64,000 nucleotides of DNA from a virus (IMGVR_UViG_3300028888_000044:64001-128000), one strand, 5' to 3'. Shown: positions 46,047-56,557, counted from the first letter of the stretch. A program made the numbers and translations. The notes: generated from the sequence alone by a model not told the origin.

Positions 46047-49000
46047 ATGGCAGACAATGCAAGAAAGACACATGTATCACCAGGTGTATATTCAAGGGAA
46101 ATTGACCTTAATTATGCAGTAAAAAGCCTTGGTTTGACAACACTTGGTGTTGCTGGCGAGACTCTTAAGGGTCCAGCCTTCCAACCAATGCTAATCGAGG
46201 ATTGGGCGCGTTTCAAGGACACCTTTGGTGGAACAAGTACAGAAAAATTCAAGGGAACACAGTACCCTAAATATGAATTGCCTTACATTGCAAAATCATA
46301 TCTTACAGAATCCAAGCAATTGGAGGTGTGCCGCGTATTGGGACTTAGCGGATACAACGCAGGTCCAGCTTGGGCTATCACAGCCAAGAGAGGTAGCAAG
46401 GATATGGTGATTGCAGTTATTCGTTCAAGAGGTTATTACAACGCATACGAAAAGTATGAGGCAACCGCAGACGAATGTAGATGCGGTTTGGCAGCACATG
46501 ACAAGTTACGTTACTATGTAGGTGAGTTGGAGCATGTGCCAGAGTGTGAAAAAGTAACACACTACAACCCAGCAGCATTGACAATACAGCCATATGTACC
46601 AATTGACGCAGTTGGTGACGAATGTTCACAATACAACATTACAAGTGCTACATCTTCATTCAATGTTTCAGTCGGAAACTATGGCAAGTTTACACTTAGT
46701 GGCTCTACAGCAGTAAGTTCAGAATGGGGAGAAATGCCTTCTGAACAATTATTCAGATTCTCTGTATCATTGAACCCAGAAGATAATGACTATATCTTGA
46801 AGGTATTGGGTACTAGCCAATTTGATGGAGACACACCAATCTATGTGGAAACACTTTATGATGTTGCATTAATTCAAGGAATTAACGCTAGCGAAATTGA
46901 CAAAATCAACAACAAGCTTGTCTTCTATGATGTTGCTTATGCAGCAGACTTGAATACAATTCCACCATTTGACGATTTCGTTGACAAACCTGGAGCAGTT
47001 TTTGCTAATAGCAACGGCAAGTGCTCTGCAAGACAAGGAAGTTTGACAAGAAGAGACCTTGGTAAGCGTTTCATGTATGCTGAAAACTTCTGTGACGTTA
47101 AGTCAAAGTATGTAAGGTTTACTGTTGAAAACGGTGGCATCAAGTATGAAACCGAAAATTGTACATATAATTGCCCAGATGGAAGCGGTGGAACAACGAC
47201 TTGCACAGCATCAATCTTGAAGATGCGAGATATGGTTGATGGTGAAATCTACACTGTAAGAGCATATACAAACAACAGTGGAAAGAGATTCTATGTCTAC
47301 ACAAGACCAGATGACTTTGACAAGTTGATTTCAGAGGCAGTTGATTATGCTAAAACAGAAATTTCAAGAGAATCTTTTGCAACTAGCGCCACAACCAACA
47401 ACATTGTGCACAACAACACTGTTATTGCAAAATGCAAGAAGGATGGCTTCTACTATACAAAGGGTGAAGGTAAGGTTGAAAAGGTTACTTGCGATTTGAA
47501 CGATTACAAGTCAGCATATAGATTTGCATCTACACCTTGGATTGTATCAAATGTGAAGGGTGACTATAACAATATCGACCTTTCAAGATTGTTCAGATTC
47601 CACACAATTTCTGATGGTGACAGCTCTAACAACGAGGTTAAGGTGTCAATTACCAATATTTTACCAGATGAAGGCTTGTTCAATGTTCAAGTCAGAGCTA
47701 TATACGATACTGACGATTCTCCAATCGTGCTCGAAAGCTTCTCACGTTGTAACTTAGTTCCTGGAGACAAGAACTATGTAGCATTCAAGATTGGCTCTTA
47801 TGATGGTGTTTATGAATCGAAGTCAAAGTATATCACAGTGGAGGTAAATGAGACATTGCCAACTAGAAATTCAGTACCAGCAGGTTTCTTGGGTTATCCT
47901 CTTGCTCACTTCAATGGTAATCCAATGGCAAAGGGTATGATAGTTTCAGTTGATTCGGCAGCTACTTCAACTGCAATTACAGTTGATAGTCAGAAGCCTA
48001 TCGCTCCAATCATCAAGTATAACTGTGATTATGATGAGGACATCAAGAATAGAAAGCAGTACTTCGGTTTGTCAGACTTGGTAGGTGTTGATGTCGATAT
48101 GTTCACATTCAAGGGCAATGCTGCATATGACAACGACCCATCAACAATCAGCAATGGTTTCCACCTTGACTGCCGTGTTGACCCACTTTCTTATGAGGAT
48201 GGTAAGGTAACAGTTACCGTTGAAGGTGAATCGGGTTATACTTTCGATACCGTTTCAATCAACAACGTAACCGAGACACTTGAAAGCTTCCCAATTATAG
48301 CAACAGAAAGCGAAATGGATGGAACAATCTACGAATATCAGAATTTGCGTAAGTTCACCGTTTACTTCTATGGAGGCTTCGATGGATGGGATGTTTACAG
48401 AGACTCTAGAACAAACACAGATGAGTTTATGTACAGCAAGTATGAAGGACAGTATAACGAAAAGACTGGTGAAGGTTTTGCTTTCAACAAGATTGATAAC
48501 CCAGACGTTCTTGGATTGAACCAAAAGGGTATTACCTCTGACTGGTATGCTTACTTGGCAGCAATTCGTAAGTTCGCAAACCCAGAAGAAACCGACATCA
48601 ACGTATTCGCAACTCCAGGTATTGACTACGTTAACAACTTGAAGCTTGTCGAGGAAACAATCGAAATGCTTGAAGAGGAAAGAGCTGACTCAATCTACGT
48701 TGTTACAACACCAGATAAACCAGCGGGTGCTGGAGATTACTTCGATGAAATGTATTCAGCAGAAGACGCAGTTGATAACCTCGAAGAATCGGAGATTGAT
48801 AGCAACTACACTTGCACATATTATCCTTGGGTTAAGTACTTCGATGTTGAGAATAACCAATACATCTTCTTACCAGCAACAAAGGATGCTGTAAGGGATA
48901 TGGCACAGACTGATAATGTTGCTCATCCTTGGTTCGCACCAGCGGGTACAAACAGAGGTGATGTTGAATGCGTAAGCGCAAAGAAAATCACAAAGATTGG

Positions 49001-49421
49001 TGATGAGGATGTTCTTTATGATGGAAGAATCAACCCAGTCAAGACTTTCGCAGCAGAAGGTGTAAAGCTTTGGGGTCAGAAGAACTTGCAGAAGAACGAG
49101 TCACAACTCAACAGAATCGCTGTCAGAAGGTTGCTTCTTAGAATGCGTAAGTTGGTTGCAATCGCTTGCCTTGGATTGATTTTCGAGCCAAACGATGCTA
49201 CAACAAAGGCAAAGTTCTTGTCAACAGTTACTCCAATATTGGATAACATCAGAGCTAACAGAGGTATCAGTGACTACAAGATTGAGGTTGATGATTCACA
49301 AGAGGCAAGAGACAGAAGAGAGCTTCCAGCAAAGATTTTCTTCAAGCCATACAACGCATTAGAGTATATTCCGCTCGATTTTATTTTAACAGCAGAAGGT
49401 GTGTCATTTGACCAGATTTAA
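46047..49421 (+). CDS. Tail sheath protein 1 (T4 gp18-like)
   Basis: VSPGVYSREID, GETLKGPAF, FYGGFDG, YYPWV, PWFAPAG..RG, LYDGRINP, WGQKNLQ..LNRIAVRRLL, FEPND. Confidence 0.95.
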   Translation: MADNARKTHVSPGVYSREIDLNYAVKSLGLTTLGVAGETLKGPAFQPMLIEDWARFKDTFGGTSTEKFKGTQYPKYELPYIAKSYLTESKQLEVCRVLGLSGYNAGPAWAITAKRGSKDMVIAVIRSRGYYNAYEKYEATADECRCGLAAHDKLRYYVGELEHVPECEKVTHYNPAALTIQPYVPIDAVGDECSQYNITSATSSFNVSVGNYGKFTLSGSTAVSSEWGEMPSEQLFRFSVSLNPEDNDYILKVLGTSQFDGDTPIYVETLYDVALIQGINASEIDKINNKLVFYDVAYAADLNTIPPFDDFVDKPGAVFANSNGKCSARQGSLTRRDLGKRFMYAENFCDVKSKYVRFTVENGGIKYETENCTYNCPDGSGGTTTCTASILKMRDMVDGEIYTVRAYTNNSGKRFYVYTRPDDFDKLISEAVDYAKTEISRESFATSATTNNIVHNNTVIAKCKKDGFYYTKGEGKVEKVTCDLNDYKSAYRFASTPWIVSNVKGDYNNIDLSRLFRFHTISDGDSSNNEVKVSITNILPDEGLFNVQVRAIYDTDDSPIVLESFSRCNLVPGDKNYVAFKIGSYDGVYESKSKYITVEVNETLPTRNSVPAGFLGYPLAHFNGNPMAKGMIVSVDSAATSTAITVDSQKPIAPIIKYNCDYDEDIKNRKQYFGLSDLVGVDVDMFTFKGNAAYDNDPSTISNGFHLDCRVDPLSYEDGKVTVTVEGESGYTFDTVSINNVTETLESFPIIATESEMDGTIYEYQNLRKFTVYFYGGFDGWDVYRDSRTNTDEFMYSKYEGQYNEKTGEGFAFNKIDNPDVLGLNQKGITSDWYAYLAAIRKFANPEETDINVFATPGIDYVNNLKLVEETIEMLEEERADSIYVVTTPDKPAGAGDYFDEMYSAEDAVDNLEESEIDSNYTCTYYPWVKYFDVENNQYIFLPATKDAVRDMAQTDNVAHPWFAPAGTNRGDVECVSAKKITKIGDEDVLYDGRINPVKTFAAEGVKLWGQKNLQKNESQLNRIAVRRLLLRMRKLVAIACLGLIFEPNDATTKAKFLSTVTPILDNIRANRGISDYKIEVDDSQEARDRRELPAKIFFKPYNALEYIPLDFILTAEGVSFDQI

Positions 49422-49438
49422 TTATGAATCTATATAAC

Positions 49439-49477
49439 AAAAAAACTAGGGAAATTTTATTTTTCCTAGTTTTTTTT
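49439..49477. terminator. Intrinsic terminator after sheath 1
   Basis: AAAACTAGGGAAA..TTTCCTAGTTTT. Confidence 0.75.
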
Positions 49478-49504
49478 ATATATTTGTATTAAAAGCAAAA
49501 AAAG

Positions 49505-51196
49505 ATGAAGATTGAAAGAATATGCCCTAATTGCGGAAAAAAATTTGAATGTCAGAGCAAGGGTGGTGGATTCAAAACATATTGTTGTAAAGAATGTTAT
49601 ATTGAACATAAAGGTATTGGAAAAAAGAAATTTGCAGAATGTTGCGTTTGTGGCAAGCAGTTTGAATTGGTTCATGGAAAGGGCAAAATGGTATGTTCAA
49701 ATGAATGTCTTGGCTTGTTGAGAAAAAGGATTCTTTCAACAAAAGAAGAAGATAAACCAGTTTCTACTTGTCTAAATTGCGGAAAAACATTCAGATATGA
49801 AAAATACAAGTCATTAAGACTTGAACTTATTCCAAAATTTTGCAATCAGGAATGTTATTTTGAATATTTGAAAACAAATTCTAAAAATGTTTTTGATAAA
49901 ACTCCACAAAAGGAAAAGGCAAGGGAGATTGTGAAATGCGAAATGTGCGGAAAAGAATTCGAGAAATACAAGAAAACCGAAAAAAGGTTTTGTTCTGATG
50001 AATGCAGAAAGAAATACATGGCGACAGACGAATACAAGAACAAAAGAAAAAGTACTATGCTTGCAAAATACGGGAAATTGTCTGTTGGAAATGGAGTTTC
50101 AGAGCAAAAGATTGAGGAATATAGAATAGCAAGGGAAGCCAAATATAGGGATTTATGCGAGAAATCTGATTTGGATTTGATAGAATTTATTGAAAAGCAC
50201 GTTTTGCTTGTGAAATGCAGAAAATGTGGCAAAACCTTTGTTACAAACAATTTGTCATATCTGTCATATGACCATATACCATGCAAGAATTGCAGTGATG
50301 AATATAAAGATTATAATCCGTCAATAAAGATATACGAACTGTTGGATTCTTTGGGTGTGAAATATTCCAAGAATGTTAGAGATATAATAAAGCCATATGA
50401 GATTGATATATATCTATATGATTTCAATTTGGGTATAGAAGTAAATGGAAATTTTTGGCACAGTGAATTATGCGGAAAAGACAAGGAATACCATATCAGA
50501 AAAACAAGATTATGTGCTGAAAAGGGGATAAAGTTGATACACATCTTTGAAGATGAGATAGCAAAGAAATTTGATATTGTTGCAAGCAGATTGAAAAATC
50601 TTGTACATATGACTGAAAACAAGATTTATGCAAGGAAATGCATCATAAGGGAAATACAATATTCTGAAAAACACGAATTTTTAAATAAAAACCATATTCA
50701 AGGTGATACAAACAGCAAAATCAATGTGGGGTTGTTTTTTGAAGATACGCTTGTTTCTGTTATGACATTTTCAAAGGAGAGAATCATTTACAAAAAAAGC
50801 GATGGTGAGGAAAATTATGAATTGATAAGGTTTGCAAACATATTGAATACAAATGTAATAGGTTCGTTCAGCAAATTGCTAAAATATTTCATTGAGAAAT
50901 ACAAGCCTAAAAAGATAACAACTTATGCAGATTCAAGATGGAGTTCAGTCATTCCAAATGGTTCTGTTTATGATGTAAACGGGTTTAAATATGATGGTCA
51001 GACAAAGCCAAATTATTGGTATATGCATAAAACAGATATGCTTGAAAGAAAGCATCGTTTCACCTATACAAAACAAAGGATATTGGAAAAGCATAATGAA
51101 CTAGATTCGTCAAAAACAGAATGGGAGCTTATGCAATCATTAGGTTATAATAGAATTTGGGATTGTGGAAACATGAAATTCGTGATGTCCTTTTAA
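49505..51196 (+). CDS. Hef-like homing endonuclease (Zn-ribbon repeats + PD-(D/E)xK + C-terminal domain)
   Basis: Multiple CxxCGKxF..(F/Y)CSxEC; YEIDIY..GIEVNGNFWH; IHIFEDE; ELIRF..TYAD..IWDCG; TATATTTG at 49479. Confidence 0.75.
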   Translation: MKIERICPNCGKKFECQSKGGGFKTYCCKECYIEHKGIGKKKFAECCVCGKQFELVHGKGKMVCSNECLGLLRKRILSTKEEDKPVSTCLNCGKTFRYEKYKSLRLELIPKFCNQECYFEYLKTNSKNVFDKTPQKEKAREIVKCEMCGKEFEKYKKTEKRFCSDECRKKYMATDEYKNKRKSTMLAKYGKLSVGNGVSEQKIEEYRIAREAKYRDLCEKSDLDLIEFIEKHVLLVKCRKCGKTFVTNNLSYLSYDHIPCKNCSDEYKDYNPSIKIYELLDSLGVKYSKNVRDIIKPYEIDIYLYDFNLGIEVNGNFWHSELCGKDKEYHIRKTRLCAEKGIKLIHIFEDEIAKKFDIVASRLKNLVHMTENKIYARKCIIREIQYSEKHEFLNKNHIQGDTNSKINVGLFFEDTLVSVMTFSKERIIYKKSDGEENYELIRFANILNTNVIGSFSKLLKYFIEKYKPKKITTYADSRWSSVIPNGSVYDVNGFKYDGQTKPNYWYMHKTDMLERKHRFTYTKQRILEKHNELDSSKTEWELMQSLGYNRIWDCGNMKFVMSF

Positions 51197-51273
51197 AAAA
51201 TTAGGGTAATATATTTTTATTACTCTAATTTTTTTTGCAAAGATAGTATATTTATAATAAAAAAAACAAGAAT

Positions 51274-51783
51274 ATGGCGTTTGCAAGAGAAATAATTAAG
51301 AAAATTTTAGAAAATGTGCGATTTAGAGTACCAAATACAGAAGAAAAGGAATCATATTATACTCAAATTGGAAACACATTATTAAGAATTTCAAATCATT
51401 GCACAAGACTATATGTTTGGGATGATATTTTAGAAAAAAATCCAAAGTGGAAAGGATTGCCAATTGTTAGTATTGTTTTTGAAGATAAAGATGACACATT
51501 TAACGAAATAGATTGTTTAACCTTGAAGAGATATAGAAGAAGACCAATTAAAGTTAATGAATATGTCTATCGTTTACAAGGAAATGGACAATGGATAACT
51601 AAACAAGACGAACAATTAATTATACGTTCAATAAAAGGTATTTGTAATGGTCAATATGTAGATATTACTAACAAATGTGATGAACCACAACTTCGTGTTT
51701 CGATAAATCCACCTGATAAGGATGATGACAAGAATTTAGATGATAATAATCAAATAAACGAACATAAAACTATAACAAAATGA
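51274..51783 (+). CDS. Hypothetical protein
   Basis: 169 aa; TATTTATA at 51249; LRISNH motif. Confidence 0.7.
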   Translation: MAFAREIIKKILENVRFRVPNTEEKESYYTQIGNTLLRISNHCTRLYVWDDILEKNPKWKGLPIVSIVFEDKDDTFNEIDCLTLKRYRRRPIKVNEYVYRLQGNGQWITKQDEQLIIRSIKGICNGQYVDITNKCDEPQLRVSINPPDKDDDKNLDDNNQINEHKTITK

Positions 51784-52268
51784 AGAAAGTAATTAGATTG
51801 ACAGAAAGTGATTTACATAGAATTGTAAAAAATTCAGTAAAAAGAATATTGAGAGAAGCCCAATTGAATGAACTTGACCCTAGAACTTATGCTTCATACG
51901 CTCAAAAGAGAAAGGCTCAAGGACAATATGATAAAGCATATGAAGGTAATGAGAAAGCGAGGGAAGAATGGAATAAACGATATGGGTCTGATACAAATTG
52001 GAGAGGTCAAGGTTTAAATTATGGTATGTATCCTGGTTTTGCAACATCTGCACATCAACAAGAAGATAATGATACAACAACCGCATCAATGAGGCAAAAC
52101 CGAGGCGGTACAAGGATAGAATCTTGGAATTTACCAAATAAAGCAGATTTGGAATATCGAGGTAAATTCAATGATAAAAATCAAGCAATGATAGACAAAG
52201 GAGAAAGAGTTGCAAACCAAATGTCTAATGGTAACGGAAGATATGTCAAAGGTAAAGGTTGGCAATAA
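51780..52268 (+). CDS. IRLTE-leader protein
   Basis: MKKVIRLTESDLHRIVKNSVKRILREAQLNE. Confidence 0.8.
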   Translation: MKKVIRLTESDLHRIVKNSVKRILREAQLNELDPRTYASYAQKRKAQGQYDKAYEGNEKAREEWNKRYGSDTNWRGQGLNYGMYPGFATSAHQQEDNDTTTASMRQNRGGTRIESWNLPNKADLEYRGKFNDKNQAMIDKGERVANQMSNGNGRYVKGKGWQ

Positions 52269-52291
52269 AAATAAAAATAAATAATAGCTTT

Positions 52292-52615
52292 ATGAAAAGA
52301 AGAATTAGGCTTACAGAATCAGATGTTAGAAACATTGTGAAAAGAAGCGTTAAGAGAATATTGAAGGAACAAAGTCCAGATTTTGGTAAAATTGGGCAAA
52401 CAATGGGTCAATTTCAATCTTGGGAAATGATTGATTGCCTTGCTGAAGTCATAACTAATTGTGATGCAAACAAAGCTCAAACTCTTGCGGAAGACTTGTA
52501 TAGGGCATTTGAAAGCAGTGACACGACATATGCAATTGATGATATAATCAGAAAGTACAATCCTAATTGCCCACAAAAACCACAAGTAGATTGGAGTTAT
52601 AATGATAACTTCTAA
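52292..52615 (+). CDS. IRLTE-leader protein
   Basis: Start at ATG 52292: MKRRIRLTESDVRNIVKRSVKRILKE. Confidence 0.8.
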   Translation: MKRRIRLTESDVRNIVKRSVKRILKEQSPDFGKIGQTMGQFQSWEMIDCLAEVITNCDANKAQTLAEDLYRAFESSDTTYAIDDIIRKYNPNCPQKPQVDWSYNDNF

Positions 52616-52685
52616 TTAATATTTATTAACTAAAAAAAATTGTTTGTATCAAAAAAATGTATTATATTTGCACAAAAAATATAAT

Positions 52686-53240
52686 ATGACTGTAATTTCT
52701 GCAAATTTAGGCGATATAGACAATAAGTACAATCATTACCTTTGGGAAGGTATTGACTGCAAGGTTATAGAGTTAACCCCTTCATCTACCGATTGGGAGC
52801 AGATGGTTGATGATGCCATTGCAAACGAGACAGATACGTTGATATTTGTTGGACACGGCTCACCACATGGATTGTATTTTCCGACATCTACGTTTGAAGA
52901 GTATATTTTACACGCAAACAATGTTGGGCTTATCAAGGCAAAGAAAGTCATCTGCATTTGGTGTTATGCATCATCGTTTTGTCAACAACACAATTTGAAC
53001 GCATTTGCTTCTTCAATGTTCATTTCCAACAGCAAAGAGGCAGAATCGTGCTTGGGTGTGTTTTCACCTCAAGAGGACGTGACATCAGTACAGAATCAGA
53101 TTTTTAGGGAGATAAACTATATGTTAAAGAATGGTGTTCCCTTGGATGATTATGTAATGAGGCTTGGCGCAAGAATGGATTGTGAGAATCCTATTGATAC
53201 CTTTAACAGACAAGGTTTCATATACATAAAAAATGAGTGA
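52686..53240 (+). CDS. Possible clan-CD (caspase/gingipain-like) cysteine peptidase domain protein
   Basis: LIFVGHGS...VICIWC His-Gly/Cys dyad pattern; Bacteroidota -7 element TATATTTG at 52663. Confidence 0.45.
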   Translation: MTVISANLGDIDNKYNHYLWEGIDCKVIELTPSSTDWEQMVDDAIANETDTLIFVGHGSPHGLYFPTSTFEEYILHANNVGLIKAKKVICIWCYASSFCQQHNLNAFASSMFISNSKEAESCLGVFSPQEDVTSVQNQIFREINYMLKNGVPLDDYVMRLGARMDCENPIDTFNRQGFIYIKNE

Positions 53241-53268
53241 ATCAAAAAAAAGGTTCACTCATTTTTTT
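53229..53268. terminator. Intrinsic terminator
   Basis: AAAATGAGTGAA..TTCACTCATTTT. Confidence 0.7.
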
Positions 53269-53315
53269 GTTATAATCAGTGTCTTACAGACTATTTATTA
53301 GAAATAAAATATAAT

Positions 53316-53993
53316 ATGAGGTTTATTATAACTGAACGACAGTATAGAAATAACATATTAAATGAAGCACAAGATGATACATTTAGTTATGAAGAAATGA
53401 AATCAATTTCTGAATTACACAGTCTTGTATGTTATTGTTATCAACACTTGGGTGATGATATTGGTATGGGAAGTTCTAGGTGCGTTTTCCAACTATCAGA
53501 CGAGTGGGTTATTAAGGTAGCATACAACAAGAAGGGACTTGCACAAAATGAAGAAGAATGGAAGGCTTTGTCATCAATGGACTCATTAGGAATTTTCGTC
53601 AAAATAGACGAGAAATTGAGTGATTTGGAAAATTTCAAATGGATTGTTTCTGAATTTGTTTTACCAGCTCAAAAGGAGGATTTTCAAGAATGCTGCGGAT
53701 TGTCTTGGTCAACTGTTCAATTGTTCCTTAGGAAATCACAAGAAAAACATCGTCTTCCAGATATGTCGTGGATATGGAAAAAATGCAATATGTCAGATAA
53801 AATGTACAACAATTTGATTAATACAAATGATTTGTGTAAAGGACTTGATGAATATAATGCGAAATATCATCATCATCATGCTGATTTGCGTAGAATAGAT
53901 GCATTTGGAATGACATTAAGAAATGGAAAACCAACTATGGTTTTATTGGATTATGGATTAACTAATGAAGTTTTTAATAGGTTGTATAAATGA
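53316..53993 (+). CDS. Protein-kinase-like protein (paralog 2) with class-2 leader
   Basis: GMGSSRCVF, VIK, QNEEE, HADLRR..AFG, LLDYG; N-term MRFIITERQYRNNILNE. Confidence 0.75.
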   Translation: MRFIITERQYRNNILNEAQDDTFSYEEMKSISELHSLVCYCYQHLGDDIGMGSSRCVFQLSDEWVIKVAYNKKGLAQNEEEWKALSSMDSLGIFVKIDEKLSDLENFKWIVSEFVLPAQKEDFQECCGLSWSTVQLFLRKSQEKHRLPDMSWIWKKCNMSDKMYNNLINTNDLCKGLDEYNAKYHHHHADLRRIDAFGMTLRNGKPTMVLLDYGLTNEVFNRLYK

Positions 53994-56077
53994 TGGTAAA
54001 TTTTGAACATATAATAAATGAATGCTTGAATGGGAATAAACGCATCAAGAAAAAGGTTTTGACTGAAGATTCAAGATGGAATAGGATTAGGAATATTATA
54101 CTTAACTATATTTCTACTCAAACTGGTATGCCAATAGATTCTGAACAAGTAAAAGAATTGACTCAACAAGTATGGGACAATTTCGTTGAGCATCCAGAGG
54201 CTGCTGTAAACCATCACAGGCAGAACAACGAGATTGGACCTATAAGGGACATTATTCCAAGGCTTTTGCCATATGCGCTTAAAAAGGATGCAGAAGGTAA
54301 TTTCTATATTGATAATGGCCATAGATTGAGGGATAGCTTTGAAAGGCTTCTGAAGGCAAAGGTGCGCAATACCAACTTTATAGGTGATGACGAGGATTTG
54401 TATTCTTGGAGAGACAACGAAAGATACAACGAGCTTCTGAACAATAGAAAGCAAGAGAATGGTGATAATGTAATACCAGATTTTCATTATAGTGTATATA
54501 AGGTTGAAGATTATGACACGCCAATTAAAGGCTTGGGGTGTACATTAAAAGAGATTGGTTCATTTACTGGTGGTAATGGTTCAAGCCCTTTATGTTATAC
54601 ACAAAGTAAAGGTACATATAACGATTATACCCATAATGGTAAATACCCTATGTATATACTGTTGAGAGATGGATGGCAGAATGAGCAAAGAAAACCAAGC
54701 GAAGGCTATCCGTATGACAGTTATGGTTTGTCAATGATATTCATTGTAGTATCAAGTGTTGGTAATATTGAAACAAGTAATGTAAGATGGAACCACGGTG
54801 ACAATTCTTATTACGATGTTGACAAAATGTTTAATTTTGGCTCGTTGGAGAAGGTTGTTGGAAGTCAATGTGTAAATGCTGTTGGATTGGAGGATTCTAC
54901 AAGTGATGTTGCAAAGATGAAAATTATACTTGATATTAGTAAAAAATTAAAAGAATGTAAAGATATTGATGAATTATTTGATATAGTTGCTATGTCAAAC
55001 GAAGGGATAGCTGAGGTTAAAATTTATGAGCTTGGTTGGAACTATTTGGTGATTAATGAAAGAAGATTGTTGTGTGATGAATGGTTTGAAAATGCCTTTC
55101 CGTTCCAAAATGGAATTGGACGTGTAGCAATAAAAGATACGAATTCTCATATTATTAAATTCAACTTCGTTAATAGGAGTGGAAACCTAATAAGTGAAAC
55201 AAATTTTTTTAACGCAAAAGATTTTAGCGAAGGATTTGCAACTGTTTGTATTGAACCGCAAGGAATGAACAGATGGACTGTAATTGACAAGAATGGTAGG
55301 GTGATTGTGAAAAATAAATTTCACTATATAAATAAATTCCAAAACGGTTTTGCTGTTGTTGAAATTTATGAAGGGTATACTTTTTATGGCCCAAAAACAA
55401 GTTGTAATTATATTGACAAAAATGGCAAATTATTATGTGATAGAAATTATCCTATAGCGTGGGATTTTTATCCAAGTGGATATGCACTAGTTAAATCAAA
55501 TAGCAATTCAAACTATAAAACATTGATTGATAGTGAAGGTAACGAGATGTTTACTAATGAAGTACATACAGTTTTAGATAAAGGTGAATTCATAATAGTA
55601 TATTTTGATAATGTGAGAAAGATTAGCCTTTTTCCAAATCACGTCTTTGGTTTGCCATGCAAGATTGTCCAAACGGCTGATTGTAATTTGCTAAACGTCC
55701 AAGGTGTTAGACTTGAGAACGGCAAATTAGGATATTTCAATTATGAGACTGGCAGACTTCTTGGGGAAAAGACTTTCAGCACAATATCAAGGTTTGATAG
55801 AGATACTAAGCTTGCAGTAGTTGGTTTACAATCTGGTAACCGTGTCTTGCGTACCTTAATTAATAGTGAGGGTGAATTTATAACTGATAAATTATATAAA
55901 TACGTTTTATTTGACAATGAATATAGTTCAAATGGAACGGTTATATTTGCACAGAGAAAGGACGGAAGCATTTGTGAAATAAGAAAGGATGGTGTTGAAC
56001 GAGAAATATCAGAACAAACAATGCGTTATATAAAGCAAGTATATGAAAATGTCTTTTTTAGGGACAAAATGTATTGA
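53990..56077 (+). CDS. WG-repeat-containing protein
   Basis: Repeats F.NG.A.V....(W/Y)NYIDKNG.L; N-term IINE and VLTE sites. Confidence 0.75.
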   Translation: MMVNFEHIINECLNGNKRIKKKVLTEDSRWNRIRNIILNYISTQTGMPIDSEQVKELTQQVWDNFVEHPEAAVNHHRQNNEIGPIRDIIPRLLPYALKKDAEGNFYIDNGHRLRDSFERLLKAKVRNTNFIGDDEDLYSWRDNERYNELLNNRKQENGDNVIPDFHYSVYKVEDYDTPIKGLGCTLKEIGSFTGGNGSSPLCYTQSKGTYNDYTHNGKYPMYILLRDGWQNEQRKPSEGYPYDSYGLSMIFIVVSSVGNIETSNVRWNHGDNSYYDVDKMFNFGSLEKVVGSQCVNAVGLEDSTSDVAKMKIILDISKKLKECKDIDELFDIVAMSNEGIAEVKIYELGWNYLVINERRLLCDEWFENAFPFQNGIGRVAIKDTNSHIIKFNFVNRSGNLISETNFFNAKDFSEGFATVCIEPQGMNRWTVIDKNGRVIVKNKFHYINKFQNGFAVVEIYEGYTFYGPKTSCNYIDKNGKLLCDRNYPIAWDFYPSGYALVKSNSNSNYKTLIDSEGNEMFTNEVHTVLDKGEFIIVYFDNVRKISLFPNHVFGLPCKIVQTADCNLLNVQGVRLENGKLGYFNYETGRLLGEKTFSTISRFDRDTKLAVVGLQSGNRVLRTLINSEGEFITDKLYKYVLFDNEYSSNGTVIFAQRKDGSICEIRKDGVEREISEQTMRYIKQVYENVFFRDKMY

Positions 56078-56120
56078 TAAGTAATATAATAAATCATATT
56101 CTTTATATAAAGAATATGAT

Positions 56121-56459
56121 ATGAAAAAGGGAGGATATGTTTATCTGTTGTCAGAATCTGACAATGAAGGGATTTACAAGATTGGTGTCACAAGGGGTTC
56201 CATCGAGAACAGAATAAAGGCTTTGCAAACTGGTAACTCAAATGAAATTTCAATCAGAAAGTATTACAAGACTGAAATGCCTTTCTTGTTGGAGAAGAAG
56301 CTTCACGAGCACCATATTGGAAGCAAGATAAGCGGTGAATGGTACTTGTTGACTGATGATGAGGTACTTAATTTCGAGAATGAATGCTCTGATTTGGAAA
56401 AGATGATTAATTCACTGTCAGACAATCCGTTTGTGAAGGCAAAGATAGGTGGCATTTGA
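56121..56459 (+). CDS. GIY-YIG superfamily (T5orf172-like) nuclease
   Basis: GYVYLL..YKIGVT..RIKALQTGN..EKKLH..GEWY. Confidence 0.85.
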   Translation: MKKGGYVYLLSESDNEGIYKIGVTRGSIENRIKALQTGNSNEISIRKYYKTEMPFLLEKKLHEHHIGSKISGEWYLLTDDEVLNFENECSDLEKMINSLSDNPFVKAKIGGI

Positions 56460-56557
56460 AAAATAAACAAAATTTCAAATGTCACTATTTTTGTTAAAAT
56501 AGGTTTGAAAACAATAATTAAATATATTTATAATAAATTAAATATTAATAGAATATT

